Part shown: positions 20,297 to 29,972 of the stretch, piece by piece
Numbering within the stretch: the stretch's first letter is position 1
Layout of the letters: each line of letters starts with the position of its first letter
Source of the DNA: a virus
Strand: one strand, 5' to 3'
IMG/VR virus record: IMGVR_UViG_3300025810_000004
Span: 32,001-96,000 of that record
Length of the DNA stretch: 64,000 nucleotides
The notes under the pieces: model-generated
The model's database searches: none
Told to the model about the DNA's origin: nothing
What the model saw: the letters and a program-made list of their open reading frames with translations, nothing else
Program-made: the position numbers and the translations under genes

Positions 20297-20304
20297 GGCC
20301 CCAG

Positions 20305-20952
20305 ATGAAAGTATTGGGGCTCGACCCATCCCTGACCAACTACGGATGGGCAGTACTCGATACTACCGCCCCCTCTGGCCACCGGGACAGGTGTGTCAGC
20401 AGGGGGCGTTTCCGTACCAAGTCCAGTATGGAATTCGTGGAGCGATACTGCTTCTTCCGCACCAGTCTTCAAAACCTGCTGGACGAACACAAACCGGACA
20501 GAGTCGGGATTGAGTTCCCCGTATTCGACAGCATGTTCTCTTCTGGAATGTACGGTCTTTTCCTGTACTCCTGTGAGGCTCTGAAATCCAGGGGTATGGA
20601 CACGGTTTTCTGGTCCCCGCCTCAGGTCAAAGCCCACGCCAGGGATTCCATCGACCGACCACCAAAGTGGCCTATGGACAAGGCCGATATGGTGGAGGCA
20701 GCACAGAAGGACTGTGATGCCAGGATGAACCATAACGAAGCGGACGCTTATCTGATAGCCGTCCTCTCCGCGAGGTTTTGGGGGTTCTACGACGGGAACA
20801 TCTTCGAAGGGGATTTGACGAAGACCGAGAATCGGTATTTCAACAGGGTCCACACATACGTGCGGGGCAAAAAAGCTGGCAAGACTGTCAAGCGGGGTGT
20901 TGTTCACCGCGAGAATGACAGGTTCTTTTTGTGGTCCAACACCTCAAAATAG
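20305..20952 (+). CDS. ruvC: RuvC-like Holliday junction resolvase
   Basis: VLGLDPSLTNYGW, GIE, NEADA. Confidence 0.85.
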   Translation: MKVLGLDPSLTNYGWAVLDTTAPSGHRDRCVSRGRFRTKSSMEFVERYCFFRTSLQNLLDEHKPDRVGIEFPVFDSMFSSGMYGLFLYSCEALKSRGMDTVFWSPPQVKAHARDSIDRPPKWPMDKADMVEAAQKDCDARMNHNEADAYLIAVLSARFWGFYDGNIFEGDLTKTENRYFNRVHTYVRGKKAGKTVKRGVVHRENDRFFLWSNTSK

Positions 20953-20961
20953 GAAAACACC

Positions 20962-22146
20962 ATGGCAACACCAAGCAAGAACAAGGGAACCAGATTCCGC
21001 GATATGCAGGACGACCCCATCACCAAGATGAGGGAACACCTCCGGAAGAAGCGGGGCAAGGAATACGAGAACATCCGGGTCGCACTCAACGACGACGTGC
21101 TGAAGCAGAGTCTCCCCCACATCAGCTCCGGTTCGATCACCATCGACTTTCTGATTGGTGGGGAACCCAACATGTTTGGGGTCGCACCCTGTCCGGGGTT
21201 CCCCCGTGGTCGTGTCGCTCAGGTCTGGGGTCACGAGTCCGCAGGAAAGACCACTCTTTGCTTGGAAGCCGTTGCTGAGGTTTGCCGCCAGGGAGGGACG
21301 GCAGTCTACATCGATTGGGAGAACGACATTGTCCCCGATTATGCCGCAGCCCTGGGTGTCCCCATCAACGACGAGTCCAAATTCGAGCTTCTTCAGCCGG
21401 AAACGTTGGAAGACGGAATCAAGTATGCCATGGCATTCGCAGCCGCTGGTGTGGACTTGGTCGTATTTGACTCCGTTGGTTCTGCTGTTCCGAGGCGCAT
21501 CGCTGAGCGTGACGCCATGGAAGTGGCAGAGCAGGGGAAGATCGCGGAACTCCAGTCAATCTGGTCTCAGGAACTCCCCAACCTCAAGAATCTGATTGCC
21601 CAGACCGGAACCGCAATCGTTGGAATCTCCCAGGTCCGAGCTACCATGGCTCAGATGGGTAAGAAGACCAAGCCCCAGGGTGGTAACGCTTGGAAGTTCT
21701 ATTCTTCTGTTCGTCTGGAATTGACTCGCATCAAGAACGAGAAGTCCAAGGAGCACAACTTCCTCACCCACCGCGCCGACGAGCGGGTCATCGGTGGCAT
21801 CATCCGGGCTACTGCCATCAAGAACAAACTCTCCAAGTCGCAGGGTCGACAGGAACTGTTCTACATTCGTTGGGGGGAGGGTATCGACAACATCCGCACC
21901 CTGATTGAAATCGCCAAGGCACACGGAATCATCAAGGCTTCTGGTTCTTGGCTGAATTGGGAAGACGGACCTGACGGGCCCATTAAGGTTCTCGGGGTGG
22001 AAAAGTTCCGCAAGCACTTTGTGGATAACGAGGCCCATCGCGATGCCCTCCACCAGAGGGTAACTCCGCTGCTTGGGGCTGGTAAATCCCTGGAGGGCTT
22101 CGAAGAGGACTCCGAAGAGGAAGAATTCGGCGGGCTGGACATCTGA
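20962..22146 (+). CDS. recA: RecA recombinase
   Basis: GHESAGKTT, VFDSV, ISQVR, GGNAWKFYSSVR, KNK. Confidence 0.95.
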   Translation: MATPSKNKGTRFRDMQDDPITKMREHLRKKRGKEYENIRVALNDDVLKQSLPHISSGSITIDFLIGGEPNMFGVAPCPGFPRGRVAQVWGHESAGKTTLCLEAVAEVCRQGGTAVYIDWENDIVPDYAAALGVPINDESKFELLQPETLEDGIKYAMAFAAAGVDLVVFDSVGSAVPRRIAERDAMEVAEQGKIAELQSIWSQELPNLKNLIAQTGTAIVGISQVRATMAQMGKKTKPQGGNAWKFYSSVRLELTRIKNEKSKEHNFLTHRADERVIGGIIRATAIKNKLSKSQGRQELFYIRWGEGIDNIRTLIEIAKAHGIIKASGSWLNWEDGPDGPIKVLGVEKFRKHFVDNEAHRDALHQRVTPLLGAGKSLEGFEEDSEEEEFGGLDI

Positions 22147-22154
22147 GGTGAGTG

Positions 22155-23375
22155 ATGGCCGTTGAAGTCAGAATCAAAAATTTCCAGTCCATTGAAGACG
22201 CGACCTTGGTTGTGGACGGACTAACGGTCATAACTGGAATCAACAATAGTGGCAAGACAGCCGCTATCAGAGCCATCAAGGGGGTTTTCACCAACCCCCC
22301 TGCTGGTGCTCTCGTGCGTCACGGTTGTGCTTACCTCAGCGTAACCCTCGTATTTGATGATGGCACAACCGTGACTTGGGAGAAGGGCTGGGAGAAACCC
22401 AACCAGAAGGGCAAGACCATCAACAGGTATCTGTTGAATGGGAAAGAACTGGCTGGGGTCGGGAGTGGCGTCCCACCGGAGGTGGAAGACCTGGGGGTCA
22501 AAGAGGTCAGGGCGGCTTCCGACAGGATCTGGCCACAGATCGCGGATCAATTCGATGGCTCTTTGTTCTTGGTCAACAGGCCCGGTTCGGCTACCGCAGA
22601 GGCTCTGTCTGACGTGGAGCGAGTGGGTTCGCTGACGGCGGCGCTGAAAGCCTCGGAGAAGGACAAAAGGTCCGTGGACTCCGAGTTGAAGATTCGCAGG
22701 AAGGACGTCCAGGAACAGACCGAAGAGTTGTCGAAGTATGATGGTCTGGGAGAAGTGGGGGAATTGGTAGAGGACCTGTCCCTCATGGACACCACCATAA
22801 AGTCCAAGGAATCCGAGATCTCCAAGCTGGAGGGGCTGAAGTCCTCCTACGACGATTCCAGGACTTCTCACGATTTGTACTCTGATTTTGATACAGAGAT
22901 CGTTCCTGACCCAACCAGGGTTCAGAGACTCGGTAAGGCTGTGAGGAAGGTCACCGGATTGTCTTCCAGACTGGAATCCTCCACCAAGGACCTGGATCGA
23001 TTCGAAGGGTTCGTGTCCGTTTCCCTTCCAGATCCTTCGGGTCTGCAGACCCTATCGGACAGTATAGCCTCCGTACAAGGGTTCGCTTCGAAGCTGGGGG
23101 ACACAGAAGCCCTGCTTTCGAGTCTTGTGGGTTGTGAAGTGGAAATCCCGGATTCTGGGGAGGTCGAACGACTCAGCGAATCTTTGACCATGGTGTCGGG
23201 GTTCGTGGAATCCCTGGGTGCTCTCCAGAGGGAGATCCAGACACTGGGAGAATCCCTCACTCTTTGCCTTTCTGAATTTGAAGACTCGGAATCCGAAGTG
23301 TCCTCCATCTTGGGGGAAATGGGTATGTGCCCTGTTTGCAACACGGTACACTCCAACACAGGAGCTTCAGTATGA
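22155..23375 (+). CDS. SbcC/Rad50-like ATPase, N-terminal half
   Basis: IKNFQSI, Walker A GINNSGKT, coiled coil, ends just after CPVC hook; no Walker B. Confidence 0.8.
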   Translation: MAVEVRIKNFQSIEDATLVVDGLTVITGINNSGKTAAIRAIKGVFTNPPAGALVRHGCAYLSVTLVFDDGTTVTWEKGWEKPNQKGKTINRYLLNGKELAGVGSGVPPEVEDLGVKEVRAASDRIWPQIADQFDGSLFLVNRPGSATAEALSDVERVGSLTAALKASEKDKRSVDSELKIRRKDVQEQTEELSKYDGLGEVGELVEDLSLMDTTIKSKESEISKLEGLKSSYDDSRTSHDLYSDFDTEIVPDPTRVQRLGKAVRKVTGLSSRLESSTKDLDRFEGFVSVSLPDPSGLQTLSDSIASVQGFASKLGDTEALLSSLVGCEVEIPDSGEVERLSESLTMVSGFVESLGALQREIQTLGESLTLCLSEFEDSESEVSSILGEMGMCPVCNTVHSNTGASV

Positions 23376-23578
23376 AAGTTAGCGTAAAGAAACTCTCGGT
23401 GGAAATACCCATCAAGAACAAGGGCATCGAGATCGAAGTTCGGGAAACAGACGGTTCCCACCTTGGGGATCTGGTCATCACCAAGTCCGGTTTGACCTGG
23501 TGCAAAGGCCGCACCCGCCGAGAAAATGGCAAGTTCGTTTCTTGGGGGAAGTTCATCGACCTCCTGTCGGGTGGGTGA
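23372..23578 (+). CDS. small hypothetical protein
   Basis: MKVSVKKLSVE..GDLVITKSGLTWCKG; ATGA overlap. Confidence 0.65.
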   Translation: MKVSVKKLSVEIPIKNKGIEIEVRETDGSHLGDLVITKSGLTWCKGRTRRENGKFVSWGKFIDLLSGG

Positions 23579-23581
23579 CCC

Positions 23582-24559
23582 GTGAGCATCAACCTCGTTT
23601 GGCGCACCGACGTTCACCTGTCCGACCGAGCACCCTCGTCCCGCACGGACGATTGGACCGATGCCGTGTTCGACAAACTCGGGCAAGTTCGTGACCTCGC
23701 CCGTGAGGTCAATGCCGCCGCTATCATCGACGGCGGTGACTTCTTCCACATCAAGTCCCCCGGTCGGAACAGCCATGCGCTCGTCAACCGGACGGCAGAG
23801 CACCACAGCACCTATCCGTGCCCGGTCTACTGCACACCGGGGAACCACGACTCCGTATACGGCGATTATTCTTTCCTGCCGCAGCAGCCTTTGGGCGTCC
23901 TGTACTCGACGGGCGTGTTCAAGCGGCTGTATGACGAACATGAGGCTGTGTTCCGTCGGTCTGGTGGGGTCACCGTCCGCGTGGTCGGTGTCCCGTACCA
24001 CGGCACGTCCTACGATATGGAGCGGTTCACCTCCATCGAGAAGGGCGACGAGGACATTCTGATCTGCGTGGCCCACGTGCTCGCCTCCCACAAGGGCGGC
24101 ACCATGTTTGAGGGCGAGGACATCATCAAATACGCCGACCTCTTGGACACCGCTCCCGATGTGTACCTGTTCGGCCACTGGCACAAGAACCAAGGCGTCG
24201 AGACTCTGGGAGGCAAGCAGTTCGTGAACATCGGCTCACTGACCCGTGGGTCGCTCTCGCAGGACAACCTCGATAGGATTCCTTCTGCGGCTGTGCTCCG
24301 CTGCACCGAGAAGGGGGTCGAGGTCGAGGTTGCACCACTCAACGTCCGTCCCGCAGAGGAAGTGTTTGACGTGGAGGGTCGGGAGCGACAGGTCAGGAGA
24401 CAGATGGAAATGGACTCGTTTGTGGACGCCATACGCGAGTCCCTGCAACCCCCCGAAGACGGCGAAACTCTCGCTGACGTGGTGGCTGGTATGGGCGACG
24501 TCCCCAACGAAGTGAAGGAGCGAGCCCTTTCCTATCTGGAGCACGTGGGTACAGTGTAG
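23582..24559 (+). CDS. sbcD: SbcD/Mre11-like metallophosphoesterase nuclease
   Basis: DVH, GGDFFH, GNHD, GHWH motifs. Confidence 0.88.
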   Translation: MSINLVWRTDVHLSDRAPSSRTDDWTDAVFDKLGQVRDLAREVNAAAIIDGGDFFHIKSPGRNSHALVNRTAEHHSTYPCPVYCTPGNHDSVYGDYSFLPQQPLGVLYSTGVFKRLYDEHEAVFRRSGGVTVRVVGVPYHGTSYDMERFTSIEKGDEDILICVAHVLASHKGGTMFEGEDIIKYADLLDTAPDVYLFGHWHKNQGVETLGGKQFVNIGSLTRGSLSQDNLDRIPSAAVLRCTEKGVEVEVAPLNVRPAEEVFDVEGRERQVRRQMEMDSFVDAIRESLQPPEDGETLADVVAGMGDVPNEVKERALSYLEHVGTV

Positions 24560-24575
24560 ACACTGGAGGTACCCC

Positions 24576-25529
24576 GTGAACGAGTCATCCACCTTATACT
24601 GGTCCCACTTCAAGATGTACGAGGATTGTCCTCAGCTACTCTTGTGGACAAAGGGCTGGGACGGGATAGACTGTGGGGGAGGCGTGGGAAGACCCAAGCC
24701 AAACCCGTCAGAGGATTCCAAAGAGCATGCTGTGATGGGAATAGCCATCCAGTACGCTGTGGAGAGGATGTACAACGGGGAGCTTTACAAGAACCCAAAG
24801 AACCTCCTCGAAACCATGCAGAAAATAGCCAGGGACGAGTTCGAAAGGCAGGAATCCAAGCCTCGCAACAACATCAACTGGCAAAACTCCAGGATAACCC
24901 GCGCTGAAGCTCTTCAAGTGGTGGAAGACGGGGTTCACGGCTATCTGAAGACCATGAAGGCCCATAGGTTTCTGGGTCCCTATGCCAAGGCGGAAGTCAA
25001 CATCTACGGCTGGATCAACAAGTGGACCTCCATCGGGGGGAGGGCCGACACCATAATCCGGCGTGACGACACTGGCATCACGATCATCGACGGCAAGAAC
25101 ACCAAATGGAAGATGAAGTACACCGACCCGGACCAGCTCCGGTGGTACGCCCTCTTGTTCAAGCTGTCGTACAACAAGATGCCAAACCGTCTTGCTTTCG
25201 TCTGGTATAGGTTCCCCCACGGAATGGTGACCCATGCCGAGGACGGGACCGAGGTGGTCGAGACTGGAGTGGAATGGGTCGACTTCGACGAAGAGGACCT
25301 GCAGGGTCTGGCGCAGCGCGTTCTGAAAGTGAAGAAGGCCATGAGGCAGGGGAAATTCGCCCCCAACCCCGTTCCTTCCAGGTGCAGACTGTGCGACTAC
25401 GAATCTGTCTGCCCTGAACGTCAGTCCCAGAGAGCCGCCAACGCCGCCAAGCGCAAGAAGAAGGCCCCGGTTGAGCTGGAAATAGACCCGACCAGAGAAG
25501 AAGGCGGGGTCAAGTTCTTCACCCTTTAG
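24576..25529 (+). CDS. PD-(D/E)xK nuclease, Cas4/AddB-like, probable Fe-S cluster
   Basis: N-terminal CP, GRAD..IIDGK, QLRWY, CRLCDYESVC. Confidence 0.8.
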   Translation: MNESSTLYWSHFKMYEDCPQLLLWTKGWDGIDCGGGVGRPKPNPSEDSKEHAVMGIAIQYAVERMYNGELYKNPKNLLETMQKIARDEFERQESKPRNNINWQNSRITRAEALQVVEDGVHGYLKTMKAHRFLGPYAKAEVNIYGWINKWTSIGGRADTIIRRDDTGITIIDGKNTKWKMKYTDPDQLRWYALLFKLSYNKMPNRLAFVWYRFPHGMVTHAEDGTEVVETGVEWVDFDEEDLQGLAQRVLKVKKAMRQGKFAPNPVPSRCRLCDYESVCPERQSQRAANAAKRKKKAPVELEIDPTREEGGVKFFTL

Positions 25530-25579
25530 GGGTGCGGAGGGTTATTTTCCGTTGTAATTTGGACAAAACGAGGTTAATT

Positions 25580-25852
25580 ATGGAAGAGACCCTTGACGAT
25601 GACACCAGACTCAAACTCGCCATCGAGAAGAGGGACAAGCTTCAGGCGAAGTCCCAGAAGATCGCTGGAAAGAAGGAAGCAGCAGCTTCGCGTCTGGAGG
25701 CCGTCAGGAAAGAGATCTCCGACAACAATCTCGACCCCGACACCCTCTCTGAAACCCTGCAGAAGTTGAAGTCCGCTCTGAGATCCTCGCTCGAAGAATT
25801 CGAGTCGAAGCTGGAGGACGCCGCCTCTGCCCTTGAAAAGTACGAGGCATAA
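25580..25852 (+). CDS. small coiled-coil protein
   Basis: heptad pattern; SD GAGG. Confidence 0.6.
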   Translation: MEETLDDDTRLKLAIEKRDKLQAKSQKIAGKKEAAASRLEAVRKEISDNNLDPDTLSETLQKLKSALRSSLEEFESKLEDAASALEKYEA

Positions 25853-25854
25853 CC

Positions 25855-27012
25855 ATGGAACTCAAGGTCGCTCCTGATTATCTTCTCTCCGCTCTCCGAA
25901 TCGCCAACCTTTGTGTGGGCAAGGGGGGTATTTCTGCTCACTTCCTGTTCCGGGTCAGGGACGGGTCCGCAGAGATCCTCAGCAAGTCCACCAGGACGTT
26001 CTCCGTGTGCCCCGTGACGTGCACCACGGAGGTCGAGGAAGACGAGGACCCGCGATTCACCGTGGAGGCTTGGCGGCTTATCAAGTGGGTCAACACCATC
26101 AACAGCGGGAACAACGCCATCACCCTTTCCCACAAAGACGGTGAGGTCACCGCCAAGTGCGGCAGGAGCAAGGTCAAGTTCCGCAGCCTCGACCCAAACG
26201 GTTTCAGGGGGTGGGACTCCCTCTACCAGCAGGCAGAAGATTGCTGCGAGGTCGACCCCCCGGTTTTCTCCAGAGCCATCGCCGCAGGTCGGATCATGGT
26301 CTCACAGGAAGACACGCTGAAGCCCGAAAACTGCCAGTTGGTGGCTTGGGGCGAATCCCTGGCTGCTACGGACCAGAAGGGCGTGGTGAACGTCGGTTTG
26401 CCGTACGAGGGTCTGAACCTCCGGGTTCCCTTCAAGGACATTTCCACCATCCAGAAGTTCATCGAGGACAAGGACACGGTGGAAAACCCGATCTACATCA
26501 AGGAAGCCAAGAGGGTCAAGGAGGACGGGGGCTCGGAATTCGACTTCTTCGTCAGGCCCGATGGGACCTACATCGGGGTTGCGCGACTCGCCCTTCTTCC
26601 CGCGAAGGTCCTGACTCCTGGCAAGGACCAGAAGTGCCATGCCTACATCAACCTCCACAGTGAGGAATTCCAGACCGGGTTGGCTGTTCTGACTGCTTCG
26701 GCTCCCAAGGGGCACCACACCGCCCACTTCTCCATCAGCGGGGAATCGGTCACCCTTTCCATGCCTTCTGCGGCTGGGGGCAAGGACTCATATCCCATGA
26801 TCCACACCCAGGCGGAAGAGGGTGGTGAGGACCTTGAATTCTTCATCGACTACCACTACTTCATCGACCTGTTCGGGCTCTTCAATGTGTCTGAGCTGAG
26901 GGTGGGGGTGTACAAGGCCGGGGACAAGGGGTATGTCTCTGTGTACCACGATGACTCCGACGACGATGCCAACTCCTATTCCTTCGCTATCGGGTGCCTC
27001 TTTGAGACTTGA
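25855..27012 (+). CDS. DNA sliding clamp (Pol III beta-like)
   Basis: 385 aa; LAATDQ motif, beta-clamp-like spacing; clamp-loader genes in same window. Confidence 0.6.
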   Translation: MELKVAPDYLLSALRIANLCVGKGGISAHFLFRVRDGSAEILSKSTRTFSVCPVTCTTEVEEDEDPRFTVEAWRLIKWVNTINSGNNAITLSHKDGEVTAKCGRSKVKFRSLDPNGFRGWDSLYQQAEDCCEVDPPVFSRAIAAGRIMVSQEDTLKPENCQLVAWGESLAATDQKGVVNVGLPYEGLNLRVPFKDISTIQKFIEDKDTVENPIYIKEAKRVKEDGGSEFDFFVRPDGTYIGVARLALLPAKVLTPGKDQKCHAYINLHSEEFQTGLAVLTASAPKGHHTAHFSISGESVTLSMPSAAGGKDSYPMIHTQAEEGGEDLEFFIDYHYFIDLFGLFNVSELRVGVYKAGDKGYVSVYHDDSDDDANSYSFAIGCLFET

Positions 27013-27631
27013 GGAAATCAAGTCGAGGTATCTGCAGCTGGACACCCTCCGGAGTTCCTGTGCCAGCACCTTGGCTTCCACTGAGGCCAAGGTCATAAAG
27101 CTGGAAGGGGAGTCGGAGATTCTGGCGCGGGTTTCCGACCTGTTCCGGGTGCTGATAGACAAAGAGGTCATAAACAACGTCAGGGCGGTTGAAAGCCTCC
27201 TGACGGAGGGCCTGCAGGCTGTGTTTGACGACCTGGACCTGTCTGTGTCTTCCGAGATCTCTGTCAAACGGGGGAAGGTTTCAGTTGAACTCTCCACCGT
27301 TCAGAAGCTCCCAGATGGCACCGTGACCGAGGGGTCTTGCATCGACTCGTGTGGGGGCTCAATCGCGACTGTAGAATCCGTTCTGCTTCGGATAGTCGTG
27401 GTGAACCGCAGGAACATGCGCCCACTTCTCCTTCTGGACGAGTCGCTTGCTGCTGTGTCTGAACACTATGTGCCTCGTGTGGGTACTTTTCTATCACTGC
27501 TATGCGACCGATTGGGGATGGACATACTTAGTGTGACCCACAACCCCGCGTTGGTTGAGGCGGCAGACACGGCCTACAGGATCAAGAATTCCGGGGGTCG
27601 AGCTACCTTCAGGAAGTTGGGCAACGGATGA
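27002..27631 (+). CDS. SbcC/Rad50-like ATPase, C-terminal half
   Basis: signature SCGG, Walker B LLLLDE, H-loop VTHN; start (TTG 27002) uncertain. Confidence 0.8.
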   Translation: MRLEEIKSRYLQLDTLRSSCASTLASTEAKVIKLEGESEILARVSDLFRVLIDKEVINNVRAVESLLTEGLQAVFDDLDLSVSSEISVKRGKVSVELSTVQKLPDGTVTEGSCIDSCGGSIATVESVLLRIVVVNRRNMRPLLLLDESLAAVSEHYVPRVGTFLSLLCDRLGMDILSVTHNPALVEAADTAYRIKNSGGRATFRKLGNG

Positions 27632-28128
27632 AGACAGAAGGCGAAATCAGACGCAAACTTCAGCAGGCGCAGTATCGCCATGTGAAGAAGATTCTGCGTA
27701 CCAAATTTCGCCACCTCGGTGACGGCGAGTGGCCCTCCAACGAAGTGGAGAGCATCAAGTCGGACTACAAGGAGTTCTTTTCTGTCTCCCCCACCCACGT
27801 CATAGCTCAACAGTTCCCAGACGTGGCCGCTCTGATGTGGGTATTGGAGGCACAGCCCGACCAGCCCCTCATGCCCAACGGCTCCCTCGTGGGTCGTATG
27901 GGTGGGGTCATGCTTTGGGCAGACTCCGAAGAGGACGCGGACTTGGCCCGGTCCATGATCGACAAGATCGTGGAAGCCGCCACACGCGAGCCTGACCCCC
28001 CGGAACCCAAGACCACCGAGACCAACTGGGGTCGGGCACATACTGAGAGCGGCACCAGCGTGGTTCCTGTGAGTGAGACGGGTCTGGAGCCCGTGAAGAA
28101 GTCGTGGTGGCATAGGTTGTTCGGATGA
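27628..28128 (+). CDS. hypothetical protein
   Basis: ATGA-coupled; ends KKSWWHRLFG. Confidence 0.6.
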   Translation: MKTEGEIRRKLQQAQYRHVKKILRTKFRHLGDGEWPSNEVESIKSDYKEFFSVSPTHVIAQQFPDVAALMWVLEAQPDQPLMPNGSLVGRMGGVMLWADSEEDADLARSMIDKIVEAATREPDPPEPKTTETNWGRAHTESGTSVVPVSETGLEPVKKSWWHRLFG

Positions 28129-28646
28129 ATTCTAACCTCTTGGTGGTCGTTCCCCTCCACCACAAGAAGACCCCTATCATGCTCGACCGGGTTCCTGCTC
28201 CTGCTGGCCCCGATGCAGGGCCATTTCTGGTTTCCTCCAGTCGGTCCCTTATGTGGGTGTCCAGAGCTTTCGAAGGTGGCTTCCTCCGTCTCGCCATCAG
28301 AAACACCGACACCGACACCCTGTATAGAGAGATAGTGGAGTCGGTCGCTCAGGAGGGACTGGAAAAGGGCTGGGGGAACGTTCAGCCCCCCACCAAGGAA
28401 GGTGTGCTGGAGGGCATGAACCACCTCTCCTATTATGGATTTTCCGAGTTCACCCTCCTGTACGGGGAAGACTTTGATATAGGCTTGTGCCCCAACATGA
28501 ACAGGTCCCCGGCCTCGTGGCTCCCAAGCTCCTGGGCGGTCATGGTACCAGACCGAGAATACGTCGGGGTGGTCTACAAGTTCGACGGGGGGAAGGTCGG
28601 GACCTTGGTCCACAACCCCTCACGAGGGATCGTGGTGATAAAGTGA
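28125..28646 (+). CDS. hypothetical protein
   Basis: ATGA-coupled ORF. Confidence 0.6.
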   Translation: MNSNLLVVVPLHHKKTPIMLDRVPAPAGPDAGPFLVSSSRSLMWVSRAFEGGFLRLAIRNTDTDTLYREIVESVAQEGLEKGWGNVQPPTKEGVLEGMNHLSYYGFSEFTLLYGEDFDIGLCPNMNRSPASWLPSSWAVMVPDREYVGVVYKFDGGKVGTLVHNPSRGIVVIK

Positions 28647-28879
28647 TCCCTCCTGTTGTTCTGTCGGTATTTTCTGATTTTCCCCACGTCCAGACTGTGG
28701 TTTGGGACGGAGAAGTTGAGGTCAACGGGTCCAAAGTGGGGAACCCAGAAATCTTTGAACCATTGTGGGACTTCTTTGTCGAAACTCCGCACGTTCGTTA
28801 TGACCGTGCGGAGGTAAGCGCCGAATCCCCGACTGGTATACTCCCCAACCCCCTAACAACCTTAGGATCAGACTCATGA
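28643..28879 (+). CDS. small hypothetical protein
   Basis: GTGA/ATGA overlaps on both sides. Confidence 0.4.
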   Translation: MIPPVVLSVFSDFPHVQTVVWDGEVEVNGSKVGNPEIFEPLWDFFVETPHVRYDRAEVSAESPTGILPNPLTTLGSDS

Positions 28880-29955
28880 GTGGTAGAAAGAGAGAAGTGG
28901 TTGCTGTCATTGGCGCACAATTCGGCAGTGAGGGCAAGGGCAAGGTCGTTGACTGCCTTGTCAAGAACATGGACGGTGGAAACGGGTTCGACGTTGCCGT
29001 TCGGACTGGTGGTCCCAACGCTGGGCACACCTTCTACACCAAGGACGGCAAGGCGTGGGTCATGCAGTCCATCCCGTGTGCTTGGGAAGACCCCACCACC
29101 AAGCTCGTCATCGGTGCGGGTGCTCTGTTCGACCCGGAGCAGATCAACGCAGAGATCGACCGCATCGAGGCCGAATACGGTGAGGGCTACATCACCAACC
29201 GCCTCTACGTTGATCCCAACGCTGCCGTCATCGCTCAGGACCACCGCGACTTCGAGGGCGGCACCAAGGGTGACGCCCACGCCAAGATCGGCTCCACGGG
29301 CAAGGGGGTTGGTATCGCTCGCGCTGTCCATATCGCTCGTGGGCTCGGCTGGCACGGCGAACTCTCCACTGGCACCGTCGCTTCCCGTGGGCTGAAGGGT
29401 CGCTGGATCGAGGCCGACACCGTTGAGATCATCCAGCAGGGCGACCGCATCCTGCTGGAGGGCACCCAGGGTGCTGGTCTCTCGCTTCTCCACGGTCCTT
29501 GGCCGAAGACCACCAGCGCCGACATTGGTGTCGCCTCCATGATGTCCGAGGCCGGTGTCCCCCCCGGTGACCGCCCCGTGGTCGTCTGGTACGCCACCCG
29601 CACTATGCCGATCCGCGTCGCTGGTCCCTCCGGTCCTCTCCCCGGCGAAATGACCTGGGAAGAGGTGTCCAAGTCCGCAGGCCGCGTGGTCATCGAGCGC
29701 ACCACCGTGACCAAGAAGGTCCGCCGCATCGGTCGCTTCGATATGAAGGAGTTCAAGCGCTCTGTGGCCCGCAATGGTGCGGGCAAGGTGCTTTTGACCT
29801 TCTGCGACTACCTCGACGGCGGCAAGCCCGTCAATGAGGACGGATCCCTCGCTCCCGAGACTCAGGCTCTCGTGGACGAGATCAATGGGGTGTCCGGGAT
29901 CACTGTCGCCGGTATCAGCATTGGGCCGAAGGCCAGCGAAACCATCCTCTTTTAG
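28876..29955 (+). CDS. purZ: adenylosuccinate synthetase homologue with PurZ/PurZ0 signatures
   Basis: QFGSEGKG (Ser in place of PurA catalytic Asp), PNAGHT, IGSTGKGVG, EGTQG, RTMPIRVAGPSGP, ERTTVTKKVRR, TFCDY; compact 359 aa. Confidence 0.75.
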   Translation: MSGRKREVVAVIGAQFGSEGKGKVVDCLVKNMDGGNGFDVAVRTGGPNAGHTFYTKDGKAWVMQSIPCAWEDPTTKLVIGAGALFDPEQINAEIDRIEAEYGEGYITNRLYVDPNAAVIAQDHRDFEGGTKGDAHAKIGSTGKGVGIARAVHIARGLGWHGELSTGTVASRGLKGRWIEADTVEIIQQGDRILLEGTQGAGLSLLHGPWPKTTSADIGVASMMSEAGVPPGDRPVVVWYATRTMPIRVAGPSGPLPGEMTWEEVSKSAGRVVIERTTVTKKVRRIGRFDMKEFKRSVARNGAGKVLLTFCDYLDGGKPVNEDGSLAPETQALVDEINGVSGITVAGISIGPKASETILF

Positions 29956-29972
29956 AACGGAGAACAGACGAA

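Noticed and set aside
11335-22146. Inteins or introns in RNR, RecD2 or RecA
   Set aside because: Lengths are ordinary, frames are continuous and no intein terminal motifs were seen.
24576-25529. Cas4-like nuclease as a sign of CRISPR-Cas
   Set aside because: No cas1/cas2 or repeat-spacer array seen; context is a recombination operon.
28876-29955. Plain purA annotation
   Set aside because: Catalytic Asp is Ser and substrate-loop motifs match PurZ/PurZ0; PurA activity is not excluded but is less likely.
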